Below, in pieces: positions 11,932-24,762 of a stretch of 64,000 nt of DNA. Source of the DNA: Trichosphaerium sp. ATCC 40318 (taxonomy: Eukaryota > Protista > Tubulinea); NCBI GenBank assembly GCA_038496445.1, contig JALMLS010000307.1:1-64000 (forward strand), in the 5' to 3' direction. How positions within the stretch are numbered: position 1 is the stretch's first letter; every line of letters starts with the position of its first letter. Both the position numbers and the translations under genes were made by a program. The notes under the pieces are model-generated. The model was not told the origin of the DNA. It worked only from the letters and a program-made list of their open reading frames with translations, and ran no database searches.

Positions 11932-13049
11932 AAACTTCATAACTGGATATGCAACTTTGGAATACTCGACTCAATATGACTTTTGTGTATACATGAAACT
12001 ATGTAATTAATGACTGGGATAAAGCTTTGCTTAAAATAGCCTCAAAAGGAGTAACGTGTGAGATACGAACAATATAAAAAAAGGAGGGAATAGCGCACAC
12101 AGACGTCCTTTAAGTTCAGAAAAGGCCGGTTTTGTTGTTTAGGCAGAGTTTTCCTTCAGTTGCGCTTACCATCATGCAAGGCTGTCGGAACGTTCGTATC
12201 TTGCATTGATAATAGCACTCGTACGAAACACAGTACTTGACCATTGCTTTTCGTATTCATTATTATTATTACTTTATTTAACGTCAACAACATTCTTCAG
12301 GCTGCCGTGCAGCGCTATAAAAGTTGAATGGTGAGACGCAGTCCTTCTATTCTTTTGCGACTGATAACAAAGTTATTTACAACCGATCCCCCCCTAATAC
12401 CAATTCCCCACTTCTCATCGTTACCAGGATCTCCATGTCACCAACGCCCTTACATAGTTATTCCTCAGGTAATCCTGCAACAAGAGATCGTCTTTAAGCA
12501 CCAAGAATAGCCCTTAATTTTGATCCAGCAAAACGGAGCAACCTACGATTAATATACGCCCCAATATCCTTTTTATACTCAATATCAAGCTTACATCTCC
12601 TTCGATAACGTTGGTACAGAAGAGCCATATAGACAACCATGATACGTTTAGCCATGCATCGTCCATCAGGTTCGCTCAGTTTGAAGCTCTGTCGAATGTC
12701 ATTAACCTATTCCTGGGTGACCCAGCCCTGGGACGTGCGAAAACTGAGATCGGTACGATTTGCATCGCAGAAACCAAAAGAATCTAAAAACGCTTGCGTA
12801 ACCATTCCAAGCGGTTCCTCTCCCACACATTCATCACTCCAAGTCCCTTCCAGCTTGTAGTTTAAAATATAGTGCCGTGTTAACAAAATAGGGTAAGCTA
12901 TAGCCTTTGTGCGTAAAGAAGTTATTACTGACATTGTTGCGTATTAAGGAGTAGCAGTTGAGCTTAGAGACATCGTATTCATTGTCACCAATTAACTTAC
13001 TTAAACAAGAAAGTTAAGTTGCTTCTTTTTGGATATGTCGTGATTGTCG

Positions 13050-15152
13050 ATGATACGAACACTTCTTTTAATAGTGGTGATATGTCCTTATTGCCTTCGT
13101 TGTTTAGAATTTGTTGATAGAAATGGTACAAGTACAATGACGGGTTTTAAATAATTTATCTCATCAAATTGGATTTAAATAGAATCCTACAACACTCCTG
13201 ATATTTCTTGGCTGTCAAAAGATTCGTGGGGACAAAACCCTATTTCTGGTACGGAATAAAATAATTACACGCGTATTAGACCTTATTTAAACCACGTGGT
13301 TTCCACTATTGTCGGAAAACACCAAAAACAAAAAAACTCCGCTATTTACGAACTTTTTTTCGAGATAACGCGTATGTAGGTGATCTAGTATCTCGTGATC
13401 ACCCTAATATTACTGGGAAAGTTGTTTTTATGCATGTCGAAGGAGGAGATTGGAAGAACCTTGAAGAAGTCTACAAGAAGGGAGCGAAAGCACTTGTTCT
13501 ATTCAACACTTTTTTTCGCACGTGATTTTTTTTGAAAAACATCTTTTTGTTGTTTTTTGTGTTTTTCTTAACGTACCCATTTTAGTAGTAGAAGGATTTC
13601 TTAATTACATTAAACTCAATGGCATTGTCGCGAATATACCTTCTCATTTACCATCAGTGGAGATTAGTCACCAAGACTCAAAGAAAATTAAACAACTTCT
13701 TAGGCCAGTGAACGGTACATATCCGAGCCATAGAGTCACTTTATTTTCAGATGGTACGAAAACCTCCTATTCTGCGTTGTTTGTAATTATAACGACATTG
13801 ACACTGCGTAGATCATAATCCTTGGCGAGCGATAAACAGAGGATACGTACGCAAAGAACCCAACCCGAATTTTGAAGAGTTTTTTGTGACATGACAAATT
13901 ATTTTTAGGTATGGTTTTCCGTCATTATAGGCGGCTTGTGTGTGGTAGCGATCGTTCTAGCAAGTAGAAAGATATATAAAATTAAAGAAAATAGAGGCTT
14001 GAAAGCATCTACATCAGTCATCTGTCTTTCAATTCATGTTCTAGCAAATTCTTGTACGAAAAAAAAAGAAAAAACAAGGAAAATCTTCATCACTTACTGT
14101 ACTACTAGTGAGACTTGTATACGTTGTCATTGATCCTATATACTCTCGATATATATTTCCTAAGTTTATACATGACTTATTCGCTCCAGGGATACCATCA
14201 CTAACCCTTACAACAACAGTACTCGTAGCTTTTTATTGGTGAGTAAAATAGCACAATTACAAAAACTGAGCTTTGTTTTTAGGCATGAAACACTCTACAA
14301 CGCTAAGAAACTCAAAGAAATGAAGCATCAACGTGTTGATGTATTCCTTACTCATGCTATTATTGCTTTATCAGTGATTGTTATAATCGACATTGGCGGT
14401 GCCATAGTCTATGCAATTCTAGATGAGGCTTTTCTCTTTTTCTTAACAATTGCTCTTGCTTTAATGAATATCGTTTCAGCTATATATTTATTGGTGACAG
14501 GGTCATTTGTCCTATATCGAATGAGTAAGATTAAGCAAAGTAATTCAACTTCGATGAAAATCATCAGAAGAGTACGTTGCGTACTGGTGTTTAAAAAAAA
14601 ACAAGAATTTGTTCAAAACCAAGAAAAAAAAAGAAAAAGATTGTTTGTTTTTTAGTCCCTGCAGGTGCTCTTGGACGTTTAAATAAACTTTTATAGAACA
14701 AAAAAAAATAGATAAAATATGATAACCCTTCATTACTTTGCTCAGAACAAACATATCCATTGAATCATTCTTTGAGTATTTTTTGGTTCGCTAAAACTAG
14801 GCACTTTTTCAGTATTTTTTTTCTCTTCATCACGTGTCACCACTAACTTTTTTTAACTAACCAGATAACCATACAACTCATGGCAAGCGCTGTGCTAATA
14901 ATATTATTACCTCAGTTTGTATATCTAACAGCAACGCCGGCATTTAGAAATCCGAATGGTTTCTTTTGGTTTTTCTTTGTTCACTTCATTTTCGTCATGA
15001 CTATAAGCATTGTACAAATCACTGCTATAAGGATAAGACATCCGGATAACTGTAGTTCATCAAAAAAGAATACACTTGTGGGTAATGATATTGTACAAAT
15101 GGTTAGTAGTGCTACAGACAACAAGTCAGTTCAATCTCACAGCATTCTGTAA
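13050..15152 (+). CDS. Signal peptide + PA-like domain + multi-pass (7TM-like) membrane protein (multi-exon)
   Basis: MIRTLLLIVVIC leader, ITGKVVFM...YKKGAKALV...PSVEIS (PA-domain-like), then several hydrophobic helices in ORFs 13936, 14236 and 14880. Confidence 0.55.
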
Positions 15153-15269
15153 AAAAAAAAAGAAAATGAAAATAATTTTTGTACTTTGAATCACTTCATT
15201 CATTAAGCACCGTAAAGTTTATCCGCTGCCTTTCTGTTGTGCCACTATACACATGTATTAAAAGCTGCT

Positions 15270-15460
15270 TACAGATTTGTTGTATTCGTCCCTTGTACTA
15301 ACACCATTGTCTGTTATATCCAGTCCATGAAAATACACTTCAATCCTGTGATGTTGCTGTTCTCGCAAAGCCTGAGCGACACCATCAAGAATAGCCGCAT
15401 CAAGTGTGTCCCAACATTGCATCGCAATATGGGTGTTGTTTAAAGGAGGGCACGTGCCCT
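15270..15460 (-). pseudogene. Decayed F-box/LRR gene fragment
   Basis: Minus-strand remnants CPPLNNTHI and LDITDNGV resemble GSPLLKNTHI and ITDEGV of the LRR genes at 54.5-56.8 kb. Confidence 0.35.
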
Positions 15461-16233
15461 TAAATTAAAAGAAAAAGGTTTAGTTTACAACAACCCTTTG
15501 TGAACCAGCGATACCCTACACATAGAAAATAAGTTTTAAATGACTACATGTACCGTTCTGCAAGCCATCATCTTATCACCCAATCCATCCTGTGAACCCT
15601 GCCTAATGTACCATCCTATGAATCTATGCCCTCTTGTACCTACCTATTGTAAGCTAAGCTGCGAAGGTAGAACAGTTAGTAAATACGCTTTTAAACATCT
15701 ATAAACATGTACTAATGGGAGGTAAAAACTGAATTTATTTGAAAAAACCGAATTTGAGGATTCTAGCATAAATAGCACGTGTAAATGTAATTTAAGATAT
15801 AAACCATCTAATTTTAATAGTACCACTGTGATTTTTGTGTTATCACTTGTGAAGCACCTTATAACGCCCAAACACCAACCTTAGCATTGTGGTACCACAA
15901 TTTTGTTGTTTTCACAACACTTGAGCACGTGTAGTGCAAAAACGATAACCAGTAATGCCGTTGTTAATATCTTGCAATTTTGTTTTATGGGCTTTTATGT
16001 TTCGCACCGCTGTATGGATGAAATACATGTCCCGCACAAATACATGTTGCTATCAAACAATCGTAGATAAAGCAATGGAACATAACCAAAGAGTTTTTGA
16101 CTATAAGTCATAACCTGAAGGAGTCCTGTTTACTCATGAGGGCAATGTTGTACTGAGTAAATTACAAGTAAAAACCAGGAAAATCTACCACATAAATATA
16201 TACATTACACATCCCACTGCACTATATCATTGG

Positions 16234-16545
16234 ATTAATGGATGTGCTTGATTAATGTGCCATTGTAACTCCATTGCTTGTACTCCCCCTCTTGTTTACC
16301 ATTCACATAATTGGCCTGCTCTTGCAATTGTCCATTGTCATACCAACACTTATCTTCTCCATGTTCTGCACCATGTGACCAACACTGTTTCTGAGTCTAA
16401 CCATTATAAAAATCAAAAAGTTGTCTTAAACTGTAGGTAAAAACGAAGTTAAAAAACAGCTTTTGACGAACTTGGTTGTTGGGGTTTGCCATTTTCCATG
16501 CTTTTTCATCTCACCGTCAAACCTTGTCATCTGTTACATGCTCCA
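16234..16545 (-). pseudogene. Decayed MORN-variant repeat gene fragment
   Basis: Translates HGEDKCWYDNGQLQEQANYVNGKQEGEYKQWSYNGTLIKHIH*; more broken repeats upstream. Confidence 0.75.
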
Positions 16546-16792
16546 TTTTTATAGTTAACGCTTGAAAGGGGCGCTAACAAGTTGAAAATAGTAGTTAGTG
16601 AATAGCACTGTTATTGCAGGTCAAATCCATAGTTTTTGCATAGCAAATCCTTTTTTTTCTTCGGTCAAAGGCAACAATCACGTTAATACGTTATTGTTTT
16701 TCCGTCGTATAGAAAAACCATGGGTATTGATTATACAACAATACCATTGAACTAAGGCTTTTTTTGTTGCAAAGTTTCCAAAGAAATTGTAG

Positions 16793-19700
16793 TAGATACT
16801 ACCTTTTCATAATCTACAAGCTATATAATCCGTAGTCCCAGAGCTTCCTTAGGTAGTAAAGTGTCATCTGAAGTACCTACAATACGTGATATTGTACCGA
16901 CAAGATATTGGAGTTGAGGTGTTTTTGAACTATGTAGCAATGCTTACAGCAGTGGGTTGCTTAGATTGTGATCGAGTTCACAAATATATTACGAGGAAAG
17001 ACTCTTCTCTTGCCTATACATTAACGTATTTCGAATATGTCCCTGATGATCTTTCTTGAGCTTGTGTAGATTGCTACATAAATACAAGTGACCACCCTGG
17101 GTAGCGATTTCCTAACGTGTACAGCCTTCATTGTGTTATGTACAATCCAAAGAGTTCTGTACAGCTTAAGGGTTCTTAAGGCAGTGACGCTAACCGACAG
17201 CATACATCAAGTGGAAACAAGGCCAAGACTATATTCAAATTATCACTATACGTTTGTACGTTGACGTCACGTTTTGTAAACTCACTTTTTTTTCAAAGGT
17301 TATTTGGCTTTAGCGCTATTATTCTACGTATTGTTGGGCTTGCTTGAATGTTATAGAGCTCTGCAAGGTTTTGAGAGATTGTTCCCTAAGCGGTACGTTT
17401 AGATTTTGAAGAAACCGTATTTGAAACCCACTTTACGCTCGTATTTTCGAATTGCGAGCATCGGAAGCTGTTTTTTTTTTTTCGCCGGTTTTTGACTAAA
17501 AAACCCATGTGATACTTGGTTTTTTCTTATAAAGATGTGAGAGCACAAAGTAGGCTTTAACCATGTTCCAAGCTACTACGTTCATTTTAACAATCTATTT
17601 GAAAAAAAATGAAAACAGCTTTTGTAGTGAGATATTGTAACCGTTCTACAACCATTCCTTGAGGTCCTAACTGCCGGCGTCTCAGCAACTGAACTCATCA
17701 AATTACAAAATTATGATAAAATTGTCTTACTTCAAACTCGGGCTATTTCTACGCGTGCAAAGTGATTATAAGAGGTTTTCAGAGAGTTAAAAAGTGACTC
17801 AAGATGACGCGAAATGTAAAAAAAAAAAACTGTCACGTTTTTACTTTTTGGTGAAAGATTTGGTATTCTATTCCTTTAAAACAATGTTAAGTAGGCTACT
17901 TCCAAGGTTCAAATACTGTTCGAGTCTTTTATGTGAGGCAACGGAGTAGGATTTAGTTAGGATGTACACTTAAGGCACATAAGAGATATTTTAACGACAC
18001 GTGTTAGTATAAGATACTGTTGATGATACTCTGTGATGAATCAGCTGCAACGCATAGCTTTGCTTGCCTTCGTGCGGCGATTTTGTGTGATTTGTGAGTT
18101 AGCCTGTAGGTGTCGCTATGCGCCAATACGTATGAAATACAAGTTGGCTCTGTTAGGATCAAGGTGAAATTGTTTTGAAGCTGGCGTTCGTGAGCAATGG
18201 ATGTCTTCACTATCCGCGTCACTTTGACCTTTTGAAATCCTCAAATATCCCTTCATCCGCGGATTAATCTCTTCCTCCATTTCGACCTAATAGATGTGGA
18301 TTGTTACCGGCTACAAAAATTCATAACCGAACGTCCAAAATCAGAATTTTATGAGAAATGTTTTGTACGTCACTTGGTACTTTTTGACAGTATCTGGTTC
18401 CATTTTTTAAAGTCAGGTATAAGCAGTTATAGCGGTTATGAGAATTATCATTACAGGTTTTACTTTCCTCTCAATTTCTTTGCAGCATACAATTCCGTGT
18501 CTATTCCAAAGTATTTAGTGTTAACCTGGGTGAAGAATTTTTTATATCTACTTTTGTATTTTGACATCTTGTTTACAAAGAACAGACAAAAACTCTCAAA
18601 CATTTTTTCCCTCTCTATGATCTTGTTATTAATTTTTTTTAGATTAAAAATAGCAAGATTATGTCTTCTCGTTCTTCCTCTCCATCCTGTATGAGTTTAT
18701 TGGATATCCCGTGTGAACTTCAACAGTACATTTGTACTTTCAACAAAGAAGTATTCACGAAGTTCCATTCTCTATCAAAAAGAGCAGCAATCAACACACA
18801 TTTTGATGAAGCATTAGAGAGAAAAGGAAAATGGATCAGATGGTATAACAGTGGTACTGTACAGGTCCACGAATATGCAAAAAATGGACTTGGCAACATG
18901 TGGTATGAGAGCGGAGCAAAAAGTGCACAGTACATGGTCTGTAATGGCAAAATAGAAGGAAAATGTACTAAGTGGTATGAAAATGGACAAAAATTGGAAC
19001 AAACAATGTGGGTTGCCAATAAAATGACTGGTGAAGGCAAACAGTGGTACGAAAATGGACAAATGTTGACACAAACAATGTATGTTGATGATAAAATAAC
19101 TGGTGAGCACAAAGAGTGGTATGAAAATGGACAACTTCATGTTCAAGAAATGTGGGTTGACGATAAACTAAATGGTGAATGCAAAGAGTGGTATGAAAAT
19201 GGTCAATTAAAGGCACAAACAATGATGGTTGATGGTAAACAAAATGGAGAGCACAGAGTTTGGTACAAAGACGGACAACTTAAGACACAACAAATGATGG
19301 TTGATGGTAAAAACCATGGTGAAAGCAAAGAGTGGTATGAAAACGGACAAATTATGACACAAACAATGTATGTTGATGATAAAAGGAATGGTGAAGGCAA
19401 AGGGTGGTATGATAATGGCCAACTTAAGGTACAGATAATGTTTATTGATGGTAAACGAAATGGGGAATACAAAGATTGGTACAAAGATGGACAACTTAGG
19501 ATACAACAAATGGTGGTTGATGATAAAAACCATGGAGAATACAAAGAGTGGTATGAAAACGGACAACTTATGACACAAACAATGTATGTTGATGGTAAAA
19601 ATAATGGTGAATACAAAGAGTGGTATGACAACGGACAATTAAAGACACAAGCAATGTTTGTTGATGATAAACCAAATGGTGAGGTCAAACACTGGTATAA

Positions 19701-20018
19701 AGATGGACAACCATTGCGCTAGATATGTGGGTTGACAATAAACTGGTGAAGTCAAAGATTTGGATGAAAACAGACAACTTATAAAAAATGTGAAGATAGA
19801 GGACAAAAAGATATTAGATGTAACCCAATAAAGTGTTAGAGCACATCACTATGATATCAAGTTAATATATTTAACAGTTGTACTATAGAAGGAACAATTG
19901 CTCAATAGACACCTGCTATAAACGGATCAAAAAGTCACGTGTATGAATAAGTAAGAAGTATTTCTAAGTTTTGCTATTGTCTACATGTGCTTTCTTATTG
20001 CTCTCACGCCTCTGTTCA
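16793..20018 (+). repeat. Cassette copy A (spacer + MORN gene + downstream block)
   Basis: 16793-16969 aligns with rc 54112-54290, 16970-18034 with rc 51268-52303, and 19752-20018 with rc 51004-51264. More diverged direct match to 38400-39130 and 40050-41523. Confidence 0.9.
18661..19722 (+). CDS. F-box-like + MORN-variant repeat protein (intronless CDS; 3' end damaged)
   Basis: LLDIPCELQQYI N-terminus and about 11 units of 24 aa, GExKxWYxNGQLxxQxMxVDxKxN. The broken terminal repeat continues after the stop (19723-19794). Confidence 0.85.
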   Translation: MSSRSSSPSCMSLLDIPCELQQYICTFNKEVFTKFHSLSKRAAINTHFDEALERKGKWIRWYNSGTVQVHEYAKNGLGNMWYESGAKSAQYMVCNGKIEGKCTKWYENGQKLEQTMWVANKMTGEGKQWYENGQMLTQTMYVDDKITGEHKEWYENGQLHVQEMWVDDKLNGECKEWYENGQLKAQTMMVDGKQNGEHRVWYKDGQLKTQQMMVDGKNHGESKEWYENGQIMTQTMYVDDKRNGEGKGWYDNGQLKVQIMFIDGKRNGEYKDWYKDGQLRIQQMVVDDKNHGEYKEWYENGQLMTQTMYVDGKNNGEYKEWYDNGQLKTQAMFVDDKPNGEVKHWYKDGQPLR

Positions 20019-20325
20019 GTGAGTAGATAGCCTAAATTCTTTTCATCCTTTCCAAGTTCACGACGTTTTTTCTACATTAGACGTTATGCAAGAGCGCTAT
20101 AGAGGCTTTCCAGTAGCGCGTACTTGTAAAAAACTGGTCAAAGCAAAACAACGCAGTATGACCCCATACTGCCGCTAAAAGGCTCATTCAATCCCCTTTG
20201 CACTAGAAATTGCTTTAAGACGTATGTAAAGGGCGCCAAAGCTCGAAACTTCTTCATTAAACCTCTGATTATTTCTGTATTTTCTCTGCCATTAATTATA
20301 TTAAAACTAACGTCAACCTTGCACC
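20019..20325 (-). pseudogene. Duplicated fragment of the TRF4/PAPD5 gene (exon + intron + partial exon)
   Basis: Near-identical reverse complement of 49250-49557, including the intron GTACGCGC...TTGTAG. Confidence 0.93.
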
Positions 20326-21432
20326 TTAGCTCACTTTCAATGTAATGTCCACATTTGTCCCAACTGGAATTGACCAGAACAATAAAGACATCTTTACTTT
20401 CTTACAATCGTTGTACCTTTTCTCTCATTATCAATGTCGAAAGGGTTCATGTAACATCACCATATTTCGAGTCTCATAAAAATTTATACCCAATGTATCA
20501 ATACATTTATTGAAGATGATACTGTATCTCTCTTATCAAGTGTTGACTAGCAAGCATATGCAAACCATAGATGACTACTTCCAAAACACACTTTTCTGAT
20601 AGATAGTCAGTGTTCGCTTATGTTAGGCCCTTTGCTTTGCAATGGGAAATAAATATTTACCTTCCCTCTCCTAAGGTATGCTATTGGTGGTATAGTATTT
20701 TTGGACCATTCGACTTCGACATATGAATGTCTTATTTTGGGTAAAGTTTCAGTATTCTCCCGAAATTTCGGTAGTTTCGCAGTATCCTTATTTGAGGTTG
20801 GTAACAGTAGTATGAAACTGGTAAATATCTATTACATAGCATTGGATAGTGTTTCCTAGGGAAGCGACTATTGGAAAAACGTTGTTGGAATCGATTTTCA
20901 GAAAAATTCGAAAAAACCCACATGTTTGTTACTATTTACAGTATTTATCTAGATAAATAAAAAGCGTTTTGTATTGATTATTGTTGATTACTTTGTTATT
21001 TCGCGTATACTGTAACTTGAAAACGAATTGGAGTACTTGAAAATACGAAAAGCTGAAAAACACAAAAAAATCCAATTACCGTAATCAATCCGCTTCTAAT
21101 TACACTTTGTTGCCACTAATATTATAAGTAATAGATAGAAGATACTTAAGAGATAGTTAGCGGGTATAAAAATAAGACTGACTATTTATAATTATCAGAA
21201 AATGAAATGCCGAAAAGTGATACTTAGGAATATTTATTTTCTATTTTTTCAACTTTCTATTGATACATTTTTACAGCCTGGTTTTTTGCTTAATATACAA
21301 TGGGACTATACCCATACACCCGAAAACTAGCATTACAAACAATGCTTCTTATTCTAACTCAATTTGTTATCAATCAAATCGTCCAAACACCCAAACGTCC
21401 AACGTTCTAGCATTTTTTTCTGTTGACCACTT

Positions 21433-22336
21433 TCAAGCTCTTAGCGCCTGTAGTTGTGATAAATCATCAAGCGTAGGGCTTGCTTTTTCACTACTTAGCA
21501 AACCTTCGCTAATAGTAGAAATAGAAACCTCTTCAGTATTACCCACACCGCTCTGTTTGGCGACGAATTCAGTGAATAAATCGTATTGTAAAAGATGTGT
21601 AATTTCATCCCTTGAGTTATCAAATAATTCCAAATCACCCTTCTGATAGCTATTTTGTATAGCCTTAAATAGTATATAAGGACTCAGAACGATAAACGAA
21701 GAAAAGAAAAAAAAAAACTGCACACTTTACGTTGTGCCGTTTTAAATACTCTGGAATTCAAGTTTTACGCCCATATACGTACAATTCTTTGCTCGTATGG
21801 AATATTTACCGGTTCGGGACACTTTGCGAGGTCAATCCATTTTTGAAAGATACGCTTCGCTAGCAGCTTACGCTTCTCTCTACTCTCTGTTCGCTCGTAT
21901 AAAGCTATTTGTATAAAATTAGAAAAAACATCTGCGACGGTCCATTTTTGTTGTTTTGAGTCTACGTACCAACTGCTGTTAGGAAAGCAAGGTTTTCACC
22001 AGCCATATTGGATCTTACGAACTCTCTGAACTTTAAAAACAGTTCTTCGTCTACAAACAACTTTTTCCATTCATCTGATACTGACGGTAATTCTTGAGGC
22101 GTAGGAGGTATTCTAAGCGATTTTCTAGAAACAGCTCTTCGGAAAAAAAGTCAGCACGAAGTTATAGCGTGTAAACGGCGTGATAATAAGCTTACAACAC
22201 GCTAGTAGTAAAAACAAGGTTTTTGTAGAGAAGCATTCACGGGAAAAGCCAAAAAAACTGGAAAAGTTGTTTACCTTCTACATGCCTTTAAACATCGTGA
22301 TATTGATTTACTGGTACTCCTCTTTCTACTTCTCAT
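21433..22336 (-). CDS. RGS (regulator of G-protein signalling) domain protein (multi-exon)
   Basis: FLKFREFVRSNMAGENLAFLTAV, AKRIFQKWI...PVNI, LFDNSRDEITHLLQYDLFTEF. Start codon uncertain. Confidence 0.8.
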
Positions 22337-24762
22337 AGTCTAAGCAGATAGGAATGAAATTTGTAGAAAAGTTGTTATGATAATATGCAATTGCACTTTT
22401 CTTCCGTTTTTTTCGTATGATTTCTTACGGTTTTTTACCGCAAAATCTGAAATTTCACCAAACAGTCAAGAAACGTCTTCGGAAAATGTTTCTCGCTCTT
22501 CCACGAACCCATTTTTCTGTATTTATTATTACCTTTACAGTCTGTACATTGTGAATGTTTCCTAAAAATGAATTTGATTTTGGTAATCGGAAATGTCACG
22601 AAAAGGTTACGTCAACATTCTCGGAGTCTGGATTTTTTGTTTTATCCTTTTTTGGAACACATCAACATTTTTTGAGTTTGGTGTTTAAGTATAGTATACA
22701 TATGATACTGTTTATGATGGTTATTATGTTTCCATTCATTTGAGAAACCAAAGAAATGATGGAGTGTAGTTTTTTTTTAGCTTCTTTTTCGAGCAATGGA
22801 ACTTCTTTGTCCCGTTTTTGTCGAATACGTTAGTACCAATTCTCACTCTGCATACTAAAGATGTATCACACTATGTATACAAACACGCTTGGCTTCATTG
22901 GTATGAAAAGGAAACACGTGTACATGGGGTTAGCAGTCCCAAAAAAAATCCCAAAAAACAAAACACTATCATTTGCTTATTTAGCGGCTTTGTATTTATT
23001 TAAACGTCCCTTGTTAGAGTTTAATGGCGCCATAAATAGTCCGTATTTTCCACAGTACGAAGGCGATAACGTGACAAAGTTAGAAGTCTGTAAAACCTCA
23101 TCGAGTGACCCACTAATCACGATATAACGATAACTGTTCTGCTGCGCAACACTTCATTGCAGAGTTCATTCCAATAGAAATATTTCTATGCGTAATGCAT
23201 ACAGTTAATTTGACACCCATAGAGGTTAAATACAAACTTGTACAGAAGTTGTCTAAACTAAGAGAGTGACTTCCTTTTTTGGAATTTTCAGTATTACCAA
23301 GAGTTCCGAAAGCATAAAACAGAAATATGCATACGTAGTAGTTTCACGCTAAAATAATTACCAATCTCTAGAAGCAGGTATTTAAAACCATGCTTACACT
23401 CACAGTTGTTTACAAAACTTTCTATTCGAAAAAAAAGAGAAAACTCTAATTTTAGACATATCTCCTGTACTTTTTGTCAGAGGCTCAATTCAAGTGACTA
23501 GTTATCATACATGGACATTCGAGGATCGTTAAAAGTTCAGAAAGCGCTCAGAACGCTTGTTTAAAAGTGGTTTTTATTCGACTTTTTGGTTTTCTTTCCA
23601 GCCTAGAAAACAATTCTTCTTTTGAATCACTTTCATCGTTTACTATTTAGTTAATTACTTCATCAAACTATTCTAAGTACTTACGATTGTTGCTAATTAC
23701 TTAAAAAGACCGTATTTGGATGAAAATCAGCAGTTATGAGTTGTATAATGCCAAAATTAGAAACCTGCAACAATTTTTTTTAACATTCTGATCGTCACAC
23801 GATCTCACTGACTACAACAGTTAAACAACACTTCGTACGTATGACCTAATTAACTATAGTTTCAACAATTTCTTGCAACACTCAGATTTAATGACACTAT
23901 TCACGTGCACGTTACAACACCTTATTCCGGTAAGAAACAACATTGTTGGAGAAATACTCAAAAAAGGGTTAACGGACTACAAATGCAATGATTTCGCGTC
24001 GCCGAAAGAAAAAATTAATTCGTATCAATTATCTCAAGTAGTGTTATCTTGTTGAGCCACCATTGAGTTGGAAATCGTACGTCTCCAGTGGATAATTACT
24101 TTCCTTTGTATCGCTGCATTAATATCCATACATAAAGGTAGCATATATTCCATAAGGGGGCAAGTAATAAACAGAAGTTGCGACGGCAATACCGCAGCTT
24201 AACGATAATCCCATTTTTGAGTTCCTCATAACCCAAACAATTCCCATGCCTCATATTAATACTGAATAGGCGCTGGTAAATACATTGAATTTTTGCTTGG
24301 GTAACGAAGTGTAGGCTCACAGTGATGCAAAAACGAGATTAAAATAGAAAAGTGCAGAATACAGAATGGTACACTTTTGATTCTTCGTAGAAAATATCCA
24401 CCACAGTGCTGCTGAAAGGTTAGATTAACAGTAGAACATTTACAGTACATCCAAAACCAGTATTTTCGGAAAACTAGCCTGCTCAGGTTTAAGACACCTT
24501 TCAAAGAAACAAGAGTCAGAAATACAGGTAATCTATTACACCAGTTTATTTTAAAGCTTTTGCACTTTTAGCATCATTACGCTTATGAACGCACACAAAG
24601 TAGTACAAGAATGCAAGCCATTGATTTCTATGATTTCAAAACATTGAAAGCTGTTTGAACTTACGTGGTGACTCCGGAGAAACAAAAAAAAAGAATGTGA
24701 TGTGAACAAACACGTGTTTGTCCAGAATCATGTTCAATCCAAAAGATGTGTATACTCTTCTT

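Noticed and set aside
12300-12934. Coding-like minus-strand stretch
   Set aside because: Multiple stops and no recognisable family; possibly a decayed gene but not supportable.
18958-19722. 72-bp periodic repeats as a CRISPR array or DGR template/variable pair
   Set aside because: They are in-frame coding repeats with no unique spacers; variation is not adenine-specific; no cas or reverse transcriptase gene is in the window.
16793-20325. Helitron or Pack-type transposon explaining the cassette
   Set aside because: I could not identify TC...CTRR ends with a hairpin, TIRs or TSDs.
24060-24500. Hydrophobic minus-strand reading fragments
   Set aside because: Interrupted by stops; no consistent exon model.
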